Source: Botryllus schlosseri (taxonomy: Eukaryota). From it: a DNA stretch of 64,000 nucleotides. Both the position numbers and the translations under genes were made by a program. This document shows, piece after piece, positions 13,873-26,075 of this stretch (positions are counted from its first letter, which is position 1; each line of letters begins with the position of its first letter). Where the stretch lies: contig CM119372.1 in assembly GCA_051294905.1 (NCBI GenBank), positions 1,986,001 to 2,050,000 of the forward strand, read 5' to 3'. Under the pieces are notes generated by a model. That model was given only the letters and a program-made list of their open reading frames with translations. It ran no database searches and was not told the origin of the DNA.

Positions 13873-15160
13873 CAGGGCTTTGGAGCCGGAGCCGGAGCCC
13901 GGAGCCGGAGCCCCGGAGCCGTGCATTTTCACCGGAGCTGGAGCCGGAGCCGGAGCTCCACTTAAAATTCAGCCGGAGCCGGAGCCGGAGCTGGAGCCCG
14001 TTATTTGAGGAGTAGCTCCGGCTCCGACCTATTTCATAAGATGCTATTATATATGCAACAACCACATCTGCTGATTTATCATAATTGAACAGCAGGCCTG
14101 AATTTTATTGCTGTGCACAGCAATGGCATGGAGTAATGTGCGTTCTAGAGTGCAACTACGATGTTGTCGACAATCCACAAGTATTCAATATGACGTCACA
14201 AGCCGGTACGGCGGCCCCTATAGGTATTCGTTGCTACATGGGATGTTACTGACGGCTGACAGACTCTAGATTACTATAGATAACTAATCTATGGGTAGAT
14301 TAGTAATCTATATAGACCAAGAATGGACATTGGCCAACCTTTTCGGCTAAAGGGGCACATGCAATTGGCGAACGAGTGCGCGGTCCACTAGCCACGCCAA
14401 GCGGGTAAAATTTTCCAAGTTAATAAATAAACAAGGTCAATAATATTATTACTGGAGTATTGCGGATCTATTGTATACCGCCCACTAGGCTCAGTTTGCA
14501 AGGACACGGCTATTCGGCGTCTGGCCACATCGATATTGAAGGTCTCCGATAATATGAGACAATCATTTTGTGCCTACATTTCACCGTCGACGATCTTTAT
14601 ATGAGCGCAAACGCGAAAAGACTTTCTCCCGTAATTGTGAATACAGTTGGACTCAATCGGGTAAATTAGGCGTTTTTTCATTTTCAGTAGGGGGTAGGCT
14701 ACCAAGCAAGAAATCGTGTGACAATTAAACACGCGAAGCAGGACTACTATTTTAGTTTATTGTAATGTACTACGATTTCTGAAAATGTGACTGGACCCTG
14801 GATCTGCCAATGCGTCGGAACTGATATTTTAGTCATCAACATCCCAAGTGTCGCAGCCAGAATTGTAATTTTTGGTTGGCATTGCAAGTTCACAATCTGA
14901 TCAATTCATTTTCGATAACATAATAGGAAATTAGCTCGCGGGTCACGCAAAACCCTCTCTCTGGCCACATTTGACCCACGGATTTGCCACCCCTGATATA
15001 GACAGGCCCATTCGATAATTTCAGAGCCGGAGCCGGAGCTGGAGCCGGAGCAGTGGTAATAATGCGGCTCCGGAGCTGGAGCCGGAGCTAATGTATGATA
15101 GAAGAGAGCTCCGGAGCCGGAGCTGGAGCAGTTTAAATTTACGGCTGCTCCATAGCCCTG
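13873..15160. mobile_element. hAT-type MITE with GGAGCC subterminal arrays
   Basis: TSD ATAACTAC at 13865-13872 and 15161-15168; TIR CAGGGCTTTGGAGC / GCTCCATAGCCCTG. Confidence 0.88.
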
Positions 15161-16256
15161 ATAACTACGCACGATTCACCATGTAAAAGAATATAACTGT
15201 AAATGCACCATCCAATTACACAGCGGCATTGTGAATATCTTATCATTCAATGAAACGTAAGAACATAACGGAGAAATGGATACGAAACGAAATAACATAA
15301 CAAAGAAATGGATTAATTTGACAAAAATCCAATACCAATCAGGTGGATGAATGGGTTGATTTTTCGAAATTTTGAAATCTTTGCCGGAGATCTTCCCCGG
15401 CTTGTGTGTTTTCTGTCGTCAGGTATGTATATAGCTTGGTCGGTGTTCATTGAACACTGTTCAATTTCATCATATGGGCTGCTGTATCGTTAACCACCAC
15501 GTTGACCACGTTGACCACCATTCATGATTTCCCGAGCACTCATGAAACGCGGATTAATATGCCATTCTGACAATGGAAGACCCGACTTGATGATGTTCCA
15601 CAGCTATAGCATCAATATGGAACACGATTCTGTCCCGATCAAATACACAATTATAAACATGACGTATGTCTCTGCCATGGAATAGGTTTACAGGAGCTTT
15701 CAGAGTCACAAATGTAGATGATTGATCCGATCTGATCGAAATCCATGCTATGGGGGTGTCAGTTGCCTGTGAATTAAGATATAGATGTGCTCTAGCAGTA
15801 AGTTCGCCTTCGTTACTCCATGCTGCTGCAGGTCGTCTTCTAGTTATGTTCAGTCTTATTTTTGTTGTCTGATTTTAACTTTCAACACTTTATCTTTGCC
15901 GCCCATCGTTCCTAATCTGGGACCTTCCTAACCAGAGTATGAGGTTATGTCTTATAAATTCTTCAATCGTATCAAATGAGCATTTTTGCATCAATTTTCG
16001 AAATAGCTTCAGGGGTTCCTTTCCTATATCACATAGCTTACGCAGTACAGCTACAAAGTCACTTCGTGATGTTGCCACATATATTTGGTCTGGAACAGTT
16101 GAAGCAAACAGTCTTTTGCAGTGGATAAAGAAATTTGAAGGCAGGGCATTTTACCATGATCGGGGGTCCCAGATTAGGAACGATTGGTGCCAACGATAAC
16201 GAATTGTTAGTTAAACTCGGGCAACAAGAAAAAGACTGAACTGCTAGACGCTAGAG

Positions 16257-17498
16257 CAGAGGTCTCAAACTCAAATGTGCTCGCGGGCCAATTTCCTACT
16301 TCTGATGACGCCGCGGGCCGCAGCATCAATGATACGGCTATTCAATGTATGGTTTCCAAGTATAGGCCTTCTTTAACGGGATCTTGCAGACAGGCATTCC
16401 ACAAACATCGTGGAAATGTAATTCACGATTGTAATATTCACGCTTGATACGGAAAAAAATCACATTTTCAAATATTTGATAAACTTGTTTTTGTGCCGGG
16501 CATAATTTGTTAAAATAATGAGTTATAGACATCGTGCGTGGCGATTGATCATGATATCGTAAAACTGTCGGGTTATAATATTGCAGGTATTGGAACTTTG
16601 ACGTGCCACGATTTTATGTAGAATATTTTTAAATCTACTGAAGATTGATCTGATATCAGAATAAATTGGCCAAGATAAGATTCCACAGCATATAGGCCTA
16701 ATTCGACAATACATCTCGTAGCCCCTGATGTGGTTCTTCGTACCCCGATGGTGTCTACGGACCCTGGTTAAGAACCCCTGGAACAGAAATGTCCAATCGC
16801 CAAAGAATGCATTGGTGTTACAATTGTGGAGCATAGGCTACTATTACCTTACTCGCCACAGATAATAACATAGATAAAGAGAACAAAAACACCCAGCATG
16901 TAACCAACTATGCGTCACGGGGGGTCACAGAATGCCAATGGTGCCAGACTGGCTTGATTAGATAGCTATCTATATACCCTACGCAACGCAAACTACGACC
17001 TATTGATGTATTACTATTCCCCATGACAGTTTCATAGATTGTTGCGTCCATAGGATTACCAAGTCCCCGTTGCGAGTCGCAAGCCCTTCTCTGGTTTAAC
17101 GCTGGACCCGACTCAACTCGAGTCGTATTTATTTATTCACCCATAGTCAATCCAAAATAGAGAATAATTTGACGAAAGGTCGCACCAAACCAAATCACAA
17201 TTTTCAGTCAGGAATCATCAACGGGTAATGTTTTATCATCATGAACTAGAAATGTGACGTAAATAGCTGGTCTTCAACCGCAATGGTAGCTTTTAAAAAT
17301 GATGTGACAGTGAGTTTGTTGAGATTTCAGTGATTGCTATGGTAGTTTTAGGGTGAACTTCAGGTTCTTGTATCTAAAAAGATATATAGCGCATGAATAT
17401 TTTGATGAATACTTGAAATTTCAAAATGCCTTCGCGGGCCGCACAAAATGATCTCGCGGGCCGCATGCGGCCCGCGTGCCGCGTGTTTGAGACCTCTG
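16257..17498. mobile_element. hAT-type MITE
   Basis: TSD CGCTAGAG at 16249-16256 and 17499-17506; TIR CAGAGGTCTCAAAC / GTTTGAGACCTCTG. Confidence 0.9.
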
Positions 17499-19915
17499 CG
17501 CTAGAGGTTCACCGCTGCAGCAATTGGCCAAGTAAACATATCTGCACAAGCAGCTGATTCTCCCCGTAGCAGTGATTTTGAAGTTGCACAATAATTATCC
17601 GATCATCCATCTAAATTGACTACTCTGAAAGCCACTGGAAACCAAATAAACGACAGAGATCTTTGCCAGGTTTTTGATCGTTGATTTTCTTGAGACGGCT
17701 TCTTCGTTCACACGGAGGGTATGGTGGAAAAACACCATTGGACGAGTCTTCCAGTTTGAGAATGGCATAGGTATCCGCATTTCATGAGTGCTCGGGAATT
17801 CGTGAATACTGGTCAAGTACTTGAAGATCCAGCAGAATGTATGATGAAATTAAATACCGACCACGCTATATGTACATACCAGATGACAGAAAACAGCAAG
17901 CCTGTCTCTTACAAGCCGTGGAAGATCTCCGACAAATGATTCCAAATTTCGAAAAATCAACCCATCAATAATGTGATTGGTATTGGAATTTTGTCAAAAT
18001 AATCCATTTTTTTGTTATGTTCTTACGTTTCATTGAATAATAAGATAATATTTACAATGTCAGCGTTAGGTAAATTTGAGGATTTCCAACGCAGTGTGCA
18101 ATATGAAAACGGTGTCCTGAAGTCGGAAAAATATCTAGAGTGAGCCAGTGAGGTTCTGCATCACCCCAAACCACAACAGCTGCATAAAACCTGACATATA
18201 TGGCATTTTAGTAGGCTAAGTAAAATCGCGGCACTCAAATTTTTTGGGAATTCCCCATTTTCAGCCGATTTTCTTCCAGCTCTATATGCACACAAATGCA
18301 AGGGATGAGTTACAGAAAAAATTCAGGTAGAAATGTCTCCCTATGCAAGAGACTTGTGTAATTGAATAATATATCCGTATCGGAATAAACCGGAAAACTC
18401 TTTTGAATTCACTAATAAAAACATTCCGTGGTGTATTTCAATATGAATATATCCGAGTTCTGTACCGCCAAAACTTTCTCAAAGACTTGTGTAACCGGCC
18501 AAAACACACGGCTGCTTTTTCTAAATATTAACAGGTAATGTACCCAAGAATTAAATAACTAGCAGGCGAAATTTTCAGTTGGCCAGTGCTTCGCGCCCCC
18601 CTTACATATTAGGTTAGGTACCCCTGGTATATAGAAGATCTAATTAGCAAAGGTTAATTACATCTATCGGACGGCCAATTGATTCCATTCATGAACAAGT
18701 GGTTAAATATCACAACTTGTAAAATCTTACTGAAAAAAATCCATTCATACCTATGATTTCCATCAAATTCATTGTCCCTCCTAACAACGCTCATCTGCGT
18801 GTTAATCTGGTTCTGAAAGTAACAAAATTCATTATGTAGCGAAGAAAATGACAAATCAAGTAAGACTGGGAAGAATTGAGCACTAGGATTCACGTATCAC
18901 TTTCGAGTACTGTAATTTTACGCTCGCTGTCAGAGTTGGTTCATCAACAAGAATTATAGTTTCGATACTATTTTCCACTGTGGAAGTCTTGTAACCTCGA
19001 TTGGTCGTATTGCAGCATACAAAACATGTAATACAAATGTACGCACGTTAGCGGAAATGACATATCTGTGACGCTGGGATAACCCACAGCATTGCAACAA
19101 AGTGCAAGGAAATAGCCAATTATCTTTAATGGGATGTAGAACTGGCGTTTATTCATTGTGGTCGCATAAAAGGTACATATTTAAACTTTCCGCATCTTTC
19201 AAACTGTTATGACACCATAATGAGTGACTTTAACTAGTTGCCATATTTTGAGACCCGAAAAAGAGGACACTTTCAAAAATCCTGAAAGCTCCAGAAAACT
19301 AGTGATTTAAAAAAATTCTCCACCGATAGTACTGTGTTGACTAAAAAAATGGTCGTCACTTTGACTCGACTCCCGTTTTACCCGATTTTTTTTTACGAAA
19401 CTCTGACGCTCGTTGCGACGAGGTCGATGTTTTGATCGCATTTTAATACTTTTTCGAGAAAAGATGACAAATTCCCAAAAAGTAGAACATTTAGGAGTCC
19501 CCCGAGGCCACTTTCAATTTATTGAAAAAAGAGGAGGTATCCGTATGGTAACCCTACTTTAATCCTCGACTCAAAGTCTAATGCTTGATTCACAATCGAA
19601 TGACTCTGGTACTCGACGGCCCTAGTCGTGAGTTACCATTGCCGACGTGTCCGCGTATAGCTTGTCGGAGACTGCATGTCCACAATGAGAGGCGGCGATA
19701 TGACTTGGCCTATTCTGTTTCTCCGTAGGCCGATGATTCTCTGCTCTACGCATCCTGCCGAAAGCCTTGCTTCCGCGTCGTGATCCCAGCATTCATCAAT
19801 CGTGTCGCATAGCGTCACGTTGTCCTGACGTGTTCAAAATCGCATTAAATTTGTGTGCAGAGAATCAATCCTGATTTTACAATTTTTTGTTGTGATACTA
19901 TTGAGCTGTTTGAGT

Positions 19916-20780
19916 CAGTGGTTTTCAACCTTTTTGTCTTCGCAGACCCCTTTCGGAACGTCACGGACCCCGCGGACCCCACGAAGTTTTACTTCAACTT
20001 TAGCTCAATCATTGTGCAATCGTCATCTCCGTCTTGTGCAAATGATTACTGTAGGCATAGTGATAAACAGTAACAAAATTACTTTTCTTGAAAATAAGAT
20101 CATACTATTCATGTAGAACTAGGGTTGACTTCTAGTATTTCAAATTTCTGCAACTGCATTTCTTGAAATATACGTGGTCGTGTCTGGAAAATCCGCACCT
20201 TCGATTTGATGTGAACGAGTGCCGAAAATCCATTCCCACAATGGCCACAAATATATGTGGTGGCGAATGTAATAATAGCACATAACGCTTCCGACGACGC
20301 ATATGGGTATAATCGCAACAAATATGGCACCAAAATTGACTAACAATTTTTTTTAATGAATATATAACGTCAAGCCTGTTTTTTTTCTATCTAGCATTCT
20401 AGCAGCTTATCTTGAAGTTATCATGGAAAAATGGTTATGTATATCACAGGAGAAAAACGATTTTTGTAAACATTTCGAAGTCGCTGCGATTGACCTATGA
20501 CCTAACTCATCCAACTTTTTTTCACAATTTCCAACAAAACATGTCTAAACATCAAAATGTTTGTATCAGTAGGCTATTGCCAATTAAAATGCGTCTGCAC
20601 ATTGTAGGATATTTCATTTCAGATGGCCATTCTGTTAATGTGAGCTCTGGAGTTTTACTAGTAATGCAGTGAAACTGCCTCGTGATTTTCTGAATTTAAA
20701 ACAAAATTAGGTTATCAATTATTTTGAGGCTTCGCGGACCCCCTGAAAATGCTTCGCGCGCCCCCGGTTGAGAACCGCTG
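19916..20780. mobile_element. hAT-type MITE in an ACVR2-like intron
   Basis: TSD GTTTGAGT / GTTTAAGT (7/8); TIR CAGTGGTTTTCAACC / GGTTGAGAACCGCTG. Confidence 0.8.
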
Positions 20781-20834
20781 GTTTAAGTCTTGGAATGTGA
20801 AAGACGGGGGGAATACTCGAGAAATTATGGCGTA

Positions 20835-21259
20835 AGAGTTTCTTGGAGGTACAATTGAATAAAAAATGTGTATTGACATAAACCTGAATATTCTGGCACT
20901 TATCAGGGGTAATCGTTAGCAACTTGCAGAGAATTTTGAGAGAATAATGAATATGTTCATGAATGTTATTTTCAATTCACTATTAATTACTGACGAGGGT
21001 CCGCTGAAAATATCCAGGGTTATTTTAGTATGAATGCACTATTGAATTGTATATTAAAGTTCAAATATTGAAATATTCGAGGTAAACATTGTTTTTCTAT
21101 GCTAGTGAATTCATATTCGATGATACGATTGTAGATGTACAACTTCTTTTTCAATTCTCTACTATAGTTGCTGGCAATCACCCCTGACGGGTGTCAGCCG
21201 AAAATATTTGGGTGATATTTCAATACGAATATACTATTCAATTGTATGCTAAAGTTCTG

Positions 21260-21262
<3 letters not shown>
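20835..21262. repeat. Penelope pseudo-LTR remnants with degenerate hammerhead cores
   Basis: 21130-21262 is closely similar to 25925-26060. Further degenerate units occur at about 20990 (+) and 20880-20915 (-). Confidence 0.6.

Positions 21263-21291
<29 letters not shown>
21260..21291. repeat. (TAC)n microsatellite
   Basis: About 10 perfect TAC units. Confidence 0.9.
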
Positions 21292-23456
21292 ATTCTTTTG
21301 TCGAAATAAGTTATAAACACGCGTTCCACCCGAGACAAAAGCAGAGTTTGCCCCGAGTAATTTGTTCGTAAGTGATTACGCATGACACGTTCACTCGACG
21401 GTTCTTAGCTCCATCATACAAAACAAGTCCTGACAAAAGGCACGAACAAAGCTATCGAGCCGTGAATTCGTTCAAGTTGACTTGACAAACGGATGTCGAG
21501 GAAGTTATTGAACAGTGGCACGAGCAACATCCGAGATCAAATTGCGCGCCGAGCGCACCAACGTATATTGCAAACTTGCCAGCCTCAAATACAAAAATCG
21601 ACAAGCTACTAGCGTCATGCACCCAACCGCCGTGGCGAGTTTACTGCCGGCCCGAAAAATATATCACAATTTTTTTTCTCAATTCCGTAATTTAAGAAGT
21701 TGGACACTGGCCCACTAATTAGAGAAATGAAACATCAAATATTAAATTAATTAGCAGTTTGGAACGTATTTTTGGCATGGTGTCTCAATATACAGTTCGT
21801 GTGAAGCATACACAGACTTTTAAACAAACCACGTTACATTCCAACAATGGAATTAAGCGACACTCGGCAGTATAATAGAGGCTATAGCAAAATGCAACAG
21901 CAAAAAGCAAATTTGATTTACTTCAATTGATACCAAACAAGCACAATCAACTAAACGGTCATTAACAGGATTTCACGATCTTCGCGTTGCAGAAACTTGA
22001 ACAGAACCACGTGTAAATATCTAACATCATCATTAAATGAAGTTTCCAATATTAGCCAACATTCGAGCTGCATACATGAGTCGAAATTATATTTAGGGTT
22101 AATTTTCATTCTTGAAGGTTCACCAGAATTTGTTTGTGATTTGCTACCCCTGCTTTGTGAGTAAGTCATTCACATATTGGCACAGAATTGAATAAAATCT
22201 ACCTAAATCTATATTTTAATATACCCCATAGGGACCTTAATACGAGCCAGACTATCAGATCCATTTATACATAGATTTAACACGATCAATGTATTAAAAT
22301 TTAGAATATTGTCCGTTTTCAAAATATCCCTCTTCTCCTCCATTTTGTTTACCTCTCTCGCCTTTTGCCAGTCAGAGAGGTCTAAAAGGTTGAGAACCAC
22401 TGTGTTGCACTAGAAATATGTCGTTTCTGCTTGGGCACCTACGATGACTGCTCATCGCAAAATTCAACTTACAGCGAATTTTCATTTCCATGTACTGTGC
22501 TAAGACAAATTGCAGCACTCCAAGCAAAGAAGACCATTTCGACACACCCTATTGGACTTACCCTTACACCCATCTCTAATAGCGGGACGCAGTTTCATTC
22601 TCACCACGTGTTCCTGCATGAAGTCCGCGGACGGGTTAGGACCTCATTCTGCTTCGAAAGGCATTTTTAATTCTCCACACTCTGTGAAAATATTTGACTT
22701 TTACGCATTGGTGTGACGGCACAAAACAGGGTTGTAACCAAGTCACAAGGTTAGAGTCAATCTTATTTATATAATATTGACTCGTAGTACAAATCTAGAC
22801 ATGTCACAGAATATAACATATCTGTGAAATCGTTCTCGACCCACAGCATTGTCACAAAGTGCAATGATATAGGTATGGTCGAAAAAGCACCAAATTACGA
22901 TCTAGAACTAACATGATATTCTTTGTGGTCGCATAAAAGGTACATATTTCAACTTCGCACATCTTTCATACTGCCATGACGGACTAGTGATACTCAAAGC
23001 TTTATACTCGATTCCGGATGAAATCCCTCAGCCCAGCCGTAGTCTTTACAACCCTGACAAAAAGTATGCTACTGTACCCGCATATGCCGTGCATTTTACC
23101 ATGACTTCCAAGGTAACAAGGCCAAAGGCGTACATGTCGATGCGTAGAAATGCGTCTTTTTGAAAGCTGATCGCGCCTTCCAACACTTTAGGAGCCACAT
23201 ATCGAAAAGCGCCCACCTGCAGATACACATACATAGCTAAACATTTTTACAAATCAGACTACAATTACTTACAATTACAAGTACTGAGCTCTCAAAAACT
23301 TTGGGACAGATTCACAACTAAAGTCATGTTCAGTTCACATCAAATCAACTAAGAATTTGAATTATAGCCACACGCAGTTTCTTTGCTTCAAATTTCCGGT
23401 AGATTAGAATCAGAATTACTGAATTAATTGAAACTTGAAAATGAACGTATGTTATG

Positions 23457-23622
23457 TAGGGTTGCATTTAAACAAATATATTTTCAATTGTCAATGCCGC
23501 TTCACTATGACGTCACAATTGACTATTGGTGACGCCATGGCTTCAAAAAAACATGTCGTATACAAGGGCCTTGTTTTAAACATGTTTGTTTTTAAGTGAT
23601 TTTGGTTTTAAATGCAACCCTC
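23457..23622. mobile_element. 166-bp hAT-type MITE upstream of the peptide gene
   Basis: TSD ATGTTATG at 23449-23456 and 23623-23630; TIR TAGGGTTGCATTTAAA / TTTAAATGCAACCCTC. Confidence 0.85.
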
Positions 23623-23772
23623 ATGTTATGATAATCGTCGAAAATACTTCTGTAGGCATAATTGCATTATGCATCAAAATATGACAATATGGTGCCGTAA
23701 GTCCGGATAGACCCGTCGTCAAGTGTAGGCCCCATGTATAATTTCCGCTGATAATAATTCCGGCGCAATGAC

Positions 23773-23780
23773 TATATAAA
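23773..23780 (+). promoter_or_regulatory. TATA box of the peptide-precursor gene
   Basis: TATATAAA about 60 nt upstream of a putative 5'UTR intron donor (GTGAGA, 23839) whose acceptor TTTTACGCAG ends at 23907, 7 nt before the ATG. Confidence 0.6.
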
Positions 23781-23914
23781 GAGCGAGTCATATCGGCACA
23801 GATTCGATCGAGAGCTACTATAGCACTGGAACGACACTGTGAGAATGGATTGCGAATTACGCACCTTGTTCAAGGTGGTATGTTGAGTCTCATCTCGTTT
23901 TACGCAGATTCATC

Positions 23915-24184
23915 ATGCAGCTGAACACCGCATTGATACTTCTCGTTGTCGGCAGTCTTGTCCTACAGACTGACGCCTGGCACAGCACACGCTCGCGTAG
24001 GTCGTACCCTCAGTACCCTGGTGTCGGGGACCGCGGCTACGCGATCCGCTCGCGTAGGTCGTACCCTCAGTACCCTGGTGTCGGGGACCGCGGCTACGCG
24101 ATTCGCTCGCGTAGGTCGTACCCTCAGTACCCTGGTGTCGGGGACCGCGGCTATTACGATGTCGATGAGGACCATAAGAACTAA
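23915..24184 (+). CDS. Secreted multi-copy peptide precursor (signal peptide + 3 x RSRR-SYPQYPGVGDRGY)
   Basis: 89-aa ORF with ATCATG start context, hydrophobic LILLVVGSLVL and a TDA|W signal-cleavage-like site. Three 57-nt repeats start at 23990, 24047 and 24104. Acidic tail; GTAAGT donor directly after the stop. Confidence 0.8.
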   Translation: MQLNTALILLVVGSLVLQTDAWHSTRSRRSYPQYPGVGDRGYAIRSRRSYPQYPGVGDRGYAIRSRRSYPQYPGVGDRGYYDVDEDHKN

Positions 24185-24849
24185 GTAAGTCTTTTTCTAT
24201 GATGAAATAGTTATAATGAACCACCTGCCACCGATTTCAGTAGTGAGCTGAGATATATCATGGGTTGGCAACATATGACCCGCGACCGGATTTGGAGCGG
24301 CCCGCAGATAGTTTGAGAGTCTTGCATGGTAATGTGACCTGCGTCCACAGTCTGTCGCAATCTCTCACTGCTTGTTTACTATTAACAACATTACCAAGAC
24401 AAAGCTGCGTACCAATATAACTGACGTTCACGTGCAGTCTTAGGGTCCGACATGCGGCCAGAGTTTAAAGAATTTGTTGACAACTTTGATTGATCATGAC
24501 CAGAGATCTTTCATTGACTTCAGCAGCTATTGAAGTTCATTACGGCAATTAATTCATATTAAAATATTGAAATCGCCCAAACGCACTAAACTAAAAGACG
24601 CACATGATTTCAAATTGGTATTTCTTCACTGGCAATTTAAAGTCTCATGGTATACATGGCCTAAAGCTGTATATGTCGTCTTGGTGCGTCGCGGCGCGGT
24701 AATAACCGAAGCCGAAATGCTCATTTGTACAACTAATGCGTATTTTTTATTTTTTATTTTTTTTGGGGGTGAGTACCCAATAAGGCAGATAACTGGCAAC
24801 ATAAAATCGCGACTCGTTCCTTAAATTCACACTTTTGTTGAATTGTATA

Positions 24850-26075
24850 TTCATATCGTGTGTCCGTCAAACCATTGTTGTACCAACGATATGTAGACGA
24901 TACTTTTGTCATATTCAGGAATGAGTTGGACTGTGATCAATTTCCCATTCACTTAAACTCGCTTCACCCGGCTCTGCGATTCACAATTGAAAAAGAACGA
25001 AATAACTCATTGTCATTTTAGACCTTTTAGTCGAAAAGCATGATACCAATAAATTTGAAACATCCATCTTCAGGAAACCGACATTCACTGGCCAATACGT
25101 TCGTTGGAATTCATTTAGTCCAAGACGCAGAAAAATCAAGCTCACAGACCCCCTCGTGCATATAGAGCGTTGATGATATGATCGGGTAATAAACTGACCT
25201 TAGAACTTGACAAGATCCGCAAAATCTTACTTGATAACGGTTACCCTGAACATGTCATCAACCGCGGCATAGAGAGGACAGTAACGCTATTCAACGCAGA
25301 AAAGTCAACAGAGCCTACCGAACGAACAACCAAAGATGTTTACATCCATCTACCTCGGTTAGGCCCTAGTTCTACCCGCTTTGAAAAGCAATTGATTTCA
25401 GCGGTCAATAAGTGTTACGACACAGTGAAGACCAACGTTATTTTCACGATACCGCAACTGCTCCCTGCAACTCGTAAAGACGTGCTTCCCGCACTTCGAC
25501 AAAGCAATGTATAGTTTACGAATTTAAGTGTCACTGTGATTGTGGCTACGTGGGAAGAACGTCAAAGCGCTTGCAGGAACGCATAAATCAGCATGTCCTT
25601 GGATTCATTAGAGCACGCTCGGTGAAAAGCTCACCCTTAACTCATCCGCTCAAGATTGATGCGGAACAATCAAAGGCCATAGATTCTGCAATTGGCAGAC
25701 AATTGTTGGTTAATCCCGCATATGTGCGAAAAATTATCGAGACGACAGATTTCGCATAGTCGGAAAGGGTCGTTCACACTTTCATTTGTGTGCTTGGAGT
25801 CGACTTATATAAAAATACACCAGCCAAGGCTGTGTCAACAAAAAGAGTGAGTGCATCATCTAAAAATAGTACATTGAACGCTCTCGTATTCAGTATTTCA
25901 TGGTGGTGACGTCATATTTTGTGCTACGATTGTTGATATAAGCTGTTCTTTTCAATTCTCTACTGGTAGCTGACGATTACCCCTGACGAGTGTCAGCCGA
26001 AAATATTCGGGTTCATTTCAATATGAATATACTATTCAATTGTATATTGAAGTTCTGTACCTCCAAGAAGCTGGT
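24850..26075 (+). mobile_element. Decayed Penelope-like retroelement (RT C-terminal part, GIY-YIG, pLTR)
   Basis: Frameshifted PLLYQRYVDDTF, FRKPTFTGQY, NGYPEH, YEFKCHCDCGYVGRTSKRL; 3' hammerhead motif. Confidence 0.88.
25979..26012 (+). ncRNA. Minimal type I hammerhead ribozyme (Penelope pLTR)
   Basis: ACCC-CTGACGA-G-TGTCAGC-C-GAAA-ATAT-TC-GGGT: intact core, ACCC/GGGT stem I, palindromic AATATT stem III. Confidence 0.75.

Larger units (their letters stand above)
19633..23216 (-). pseudogene. ACVR2: Activin receptor type II (ACVR2-like) kinase, last three exons only, disrupted
   Basis: Exons 23216-23078 ([33 protein letters not shown]), 22681-about 22548 (MPFEAE*GPNPSADFMQEHVVRMKLRPAI, TGA at 22644-22646) and 19824-19633 ([27 protein letters not shown]). 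AG/GT sites are phase-compatible. The APE motif is changed to APK, and no upstream exons were found. Confidence 0.85.

Noticed and set aside
13757..15172. PEPEPE / GSGSG low-complexity ORFs
   Set aside because: Translations of GGAGCC subterminal arrays of a TIR/TSD-bounded MITE.
23990..24154. 57-bp direct repeats as a CRISPR array or non-coding minisatellite
   Set aside because: No unique spacers and a eukaryotic context; the repeats sit in frame behind a signal peptide.
23913..24224. Overlapping ORFs in other frames and strands across the peptide repeat
   Set aside because: They stay open because the 57-nt unit lacks stops in those frames; they have no signal peptide or promoter support.
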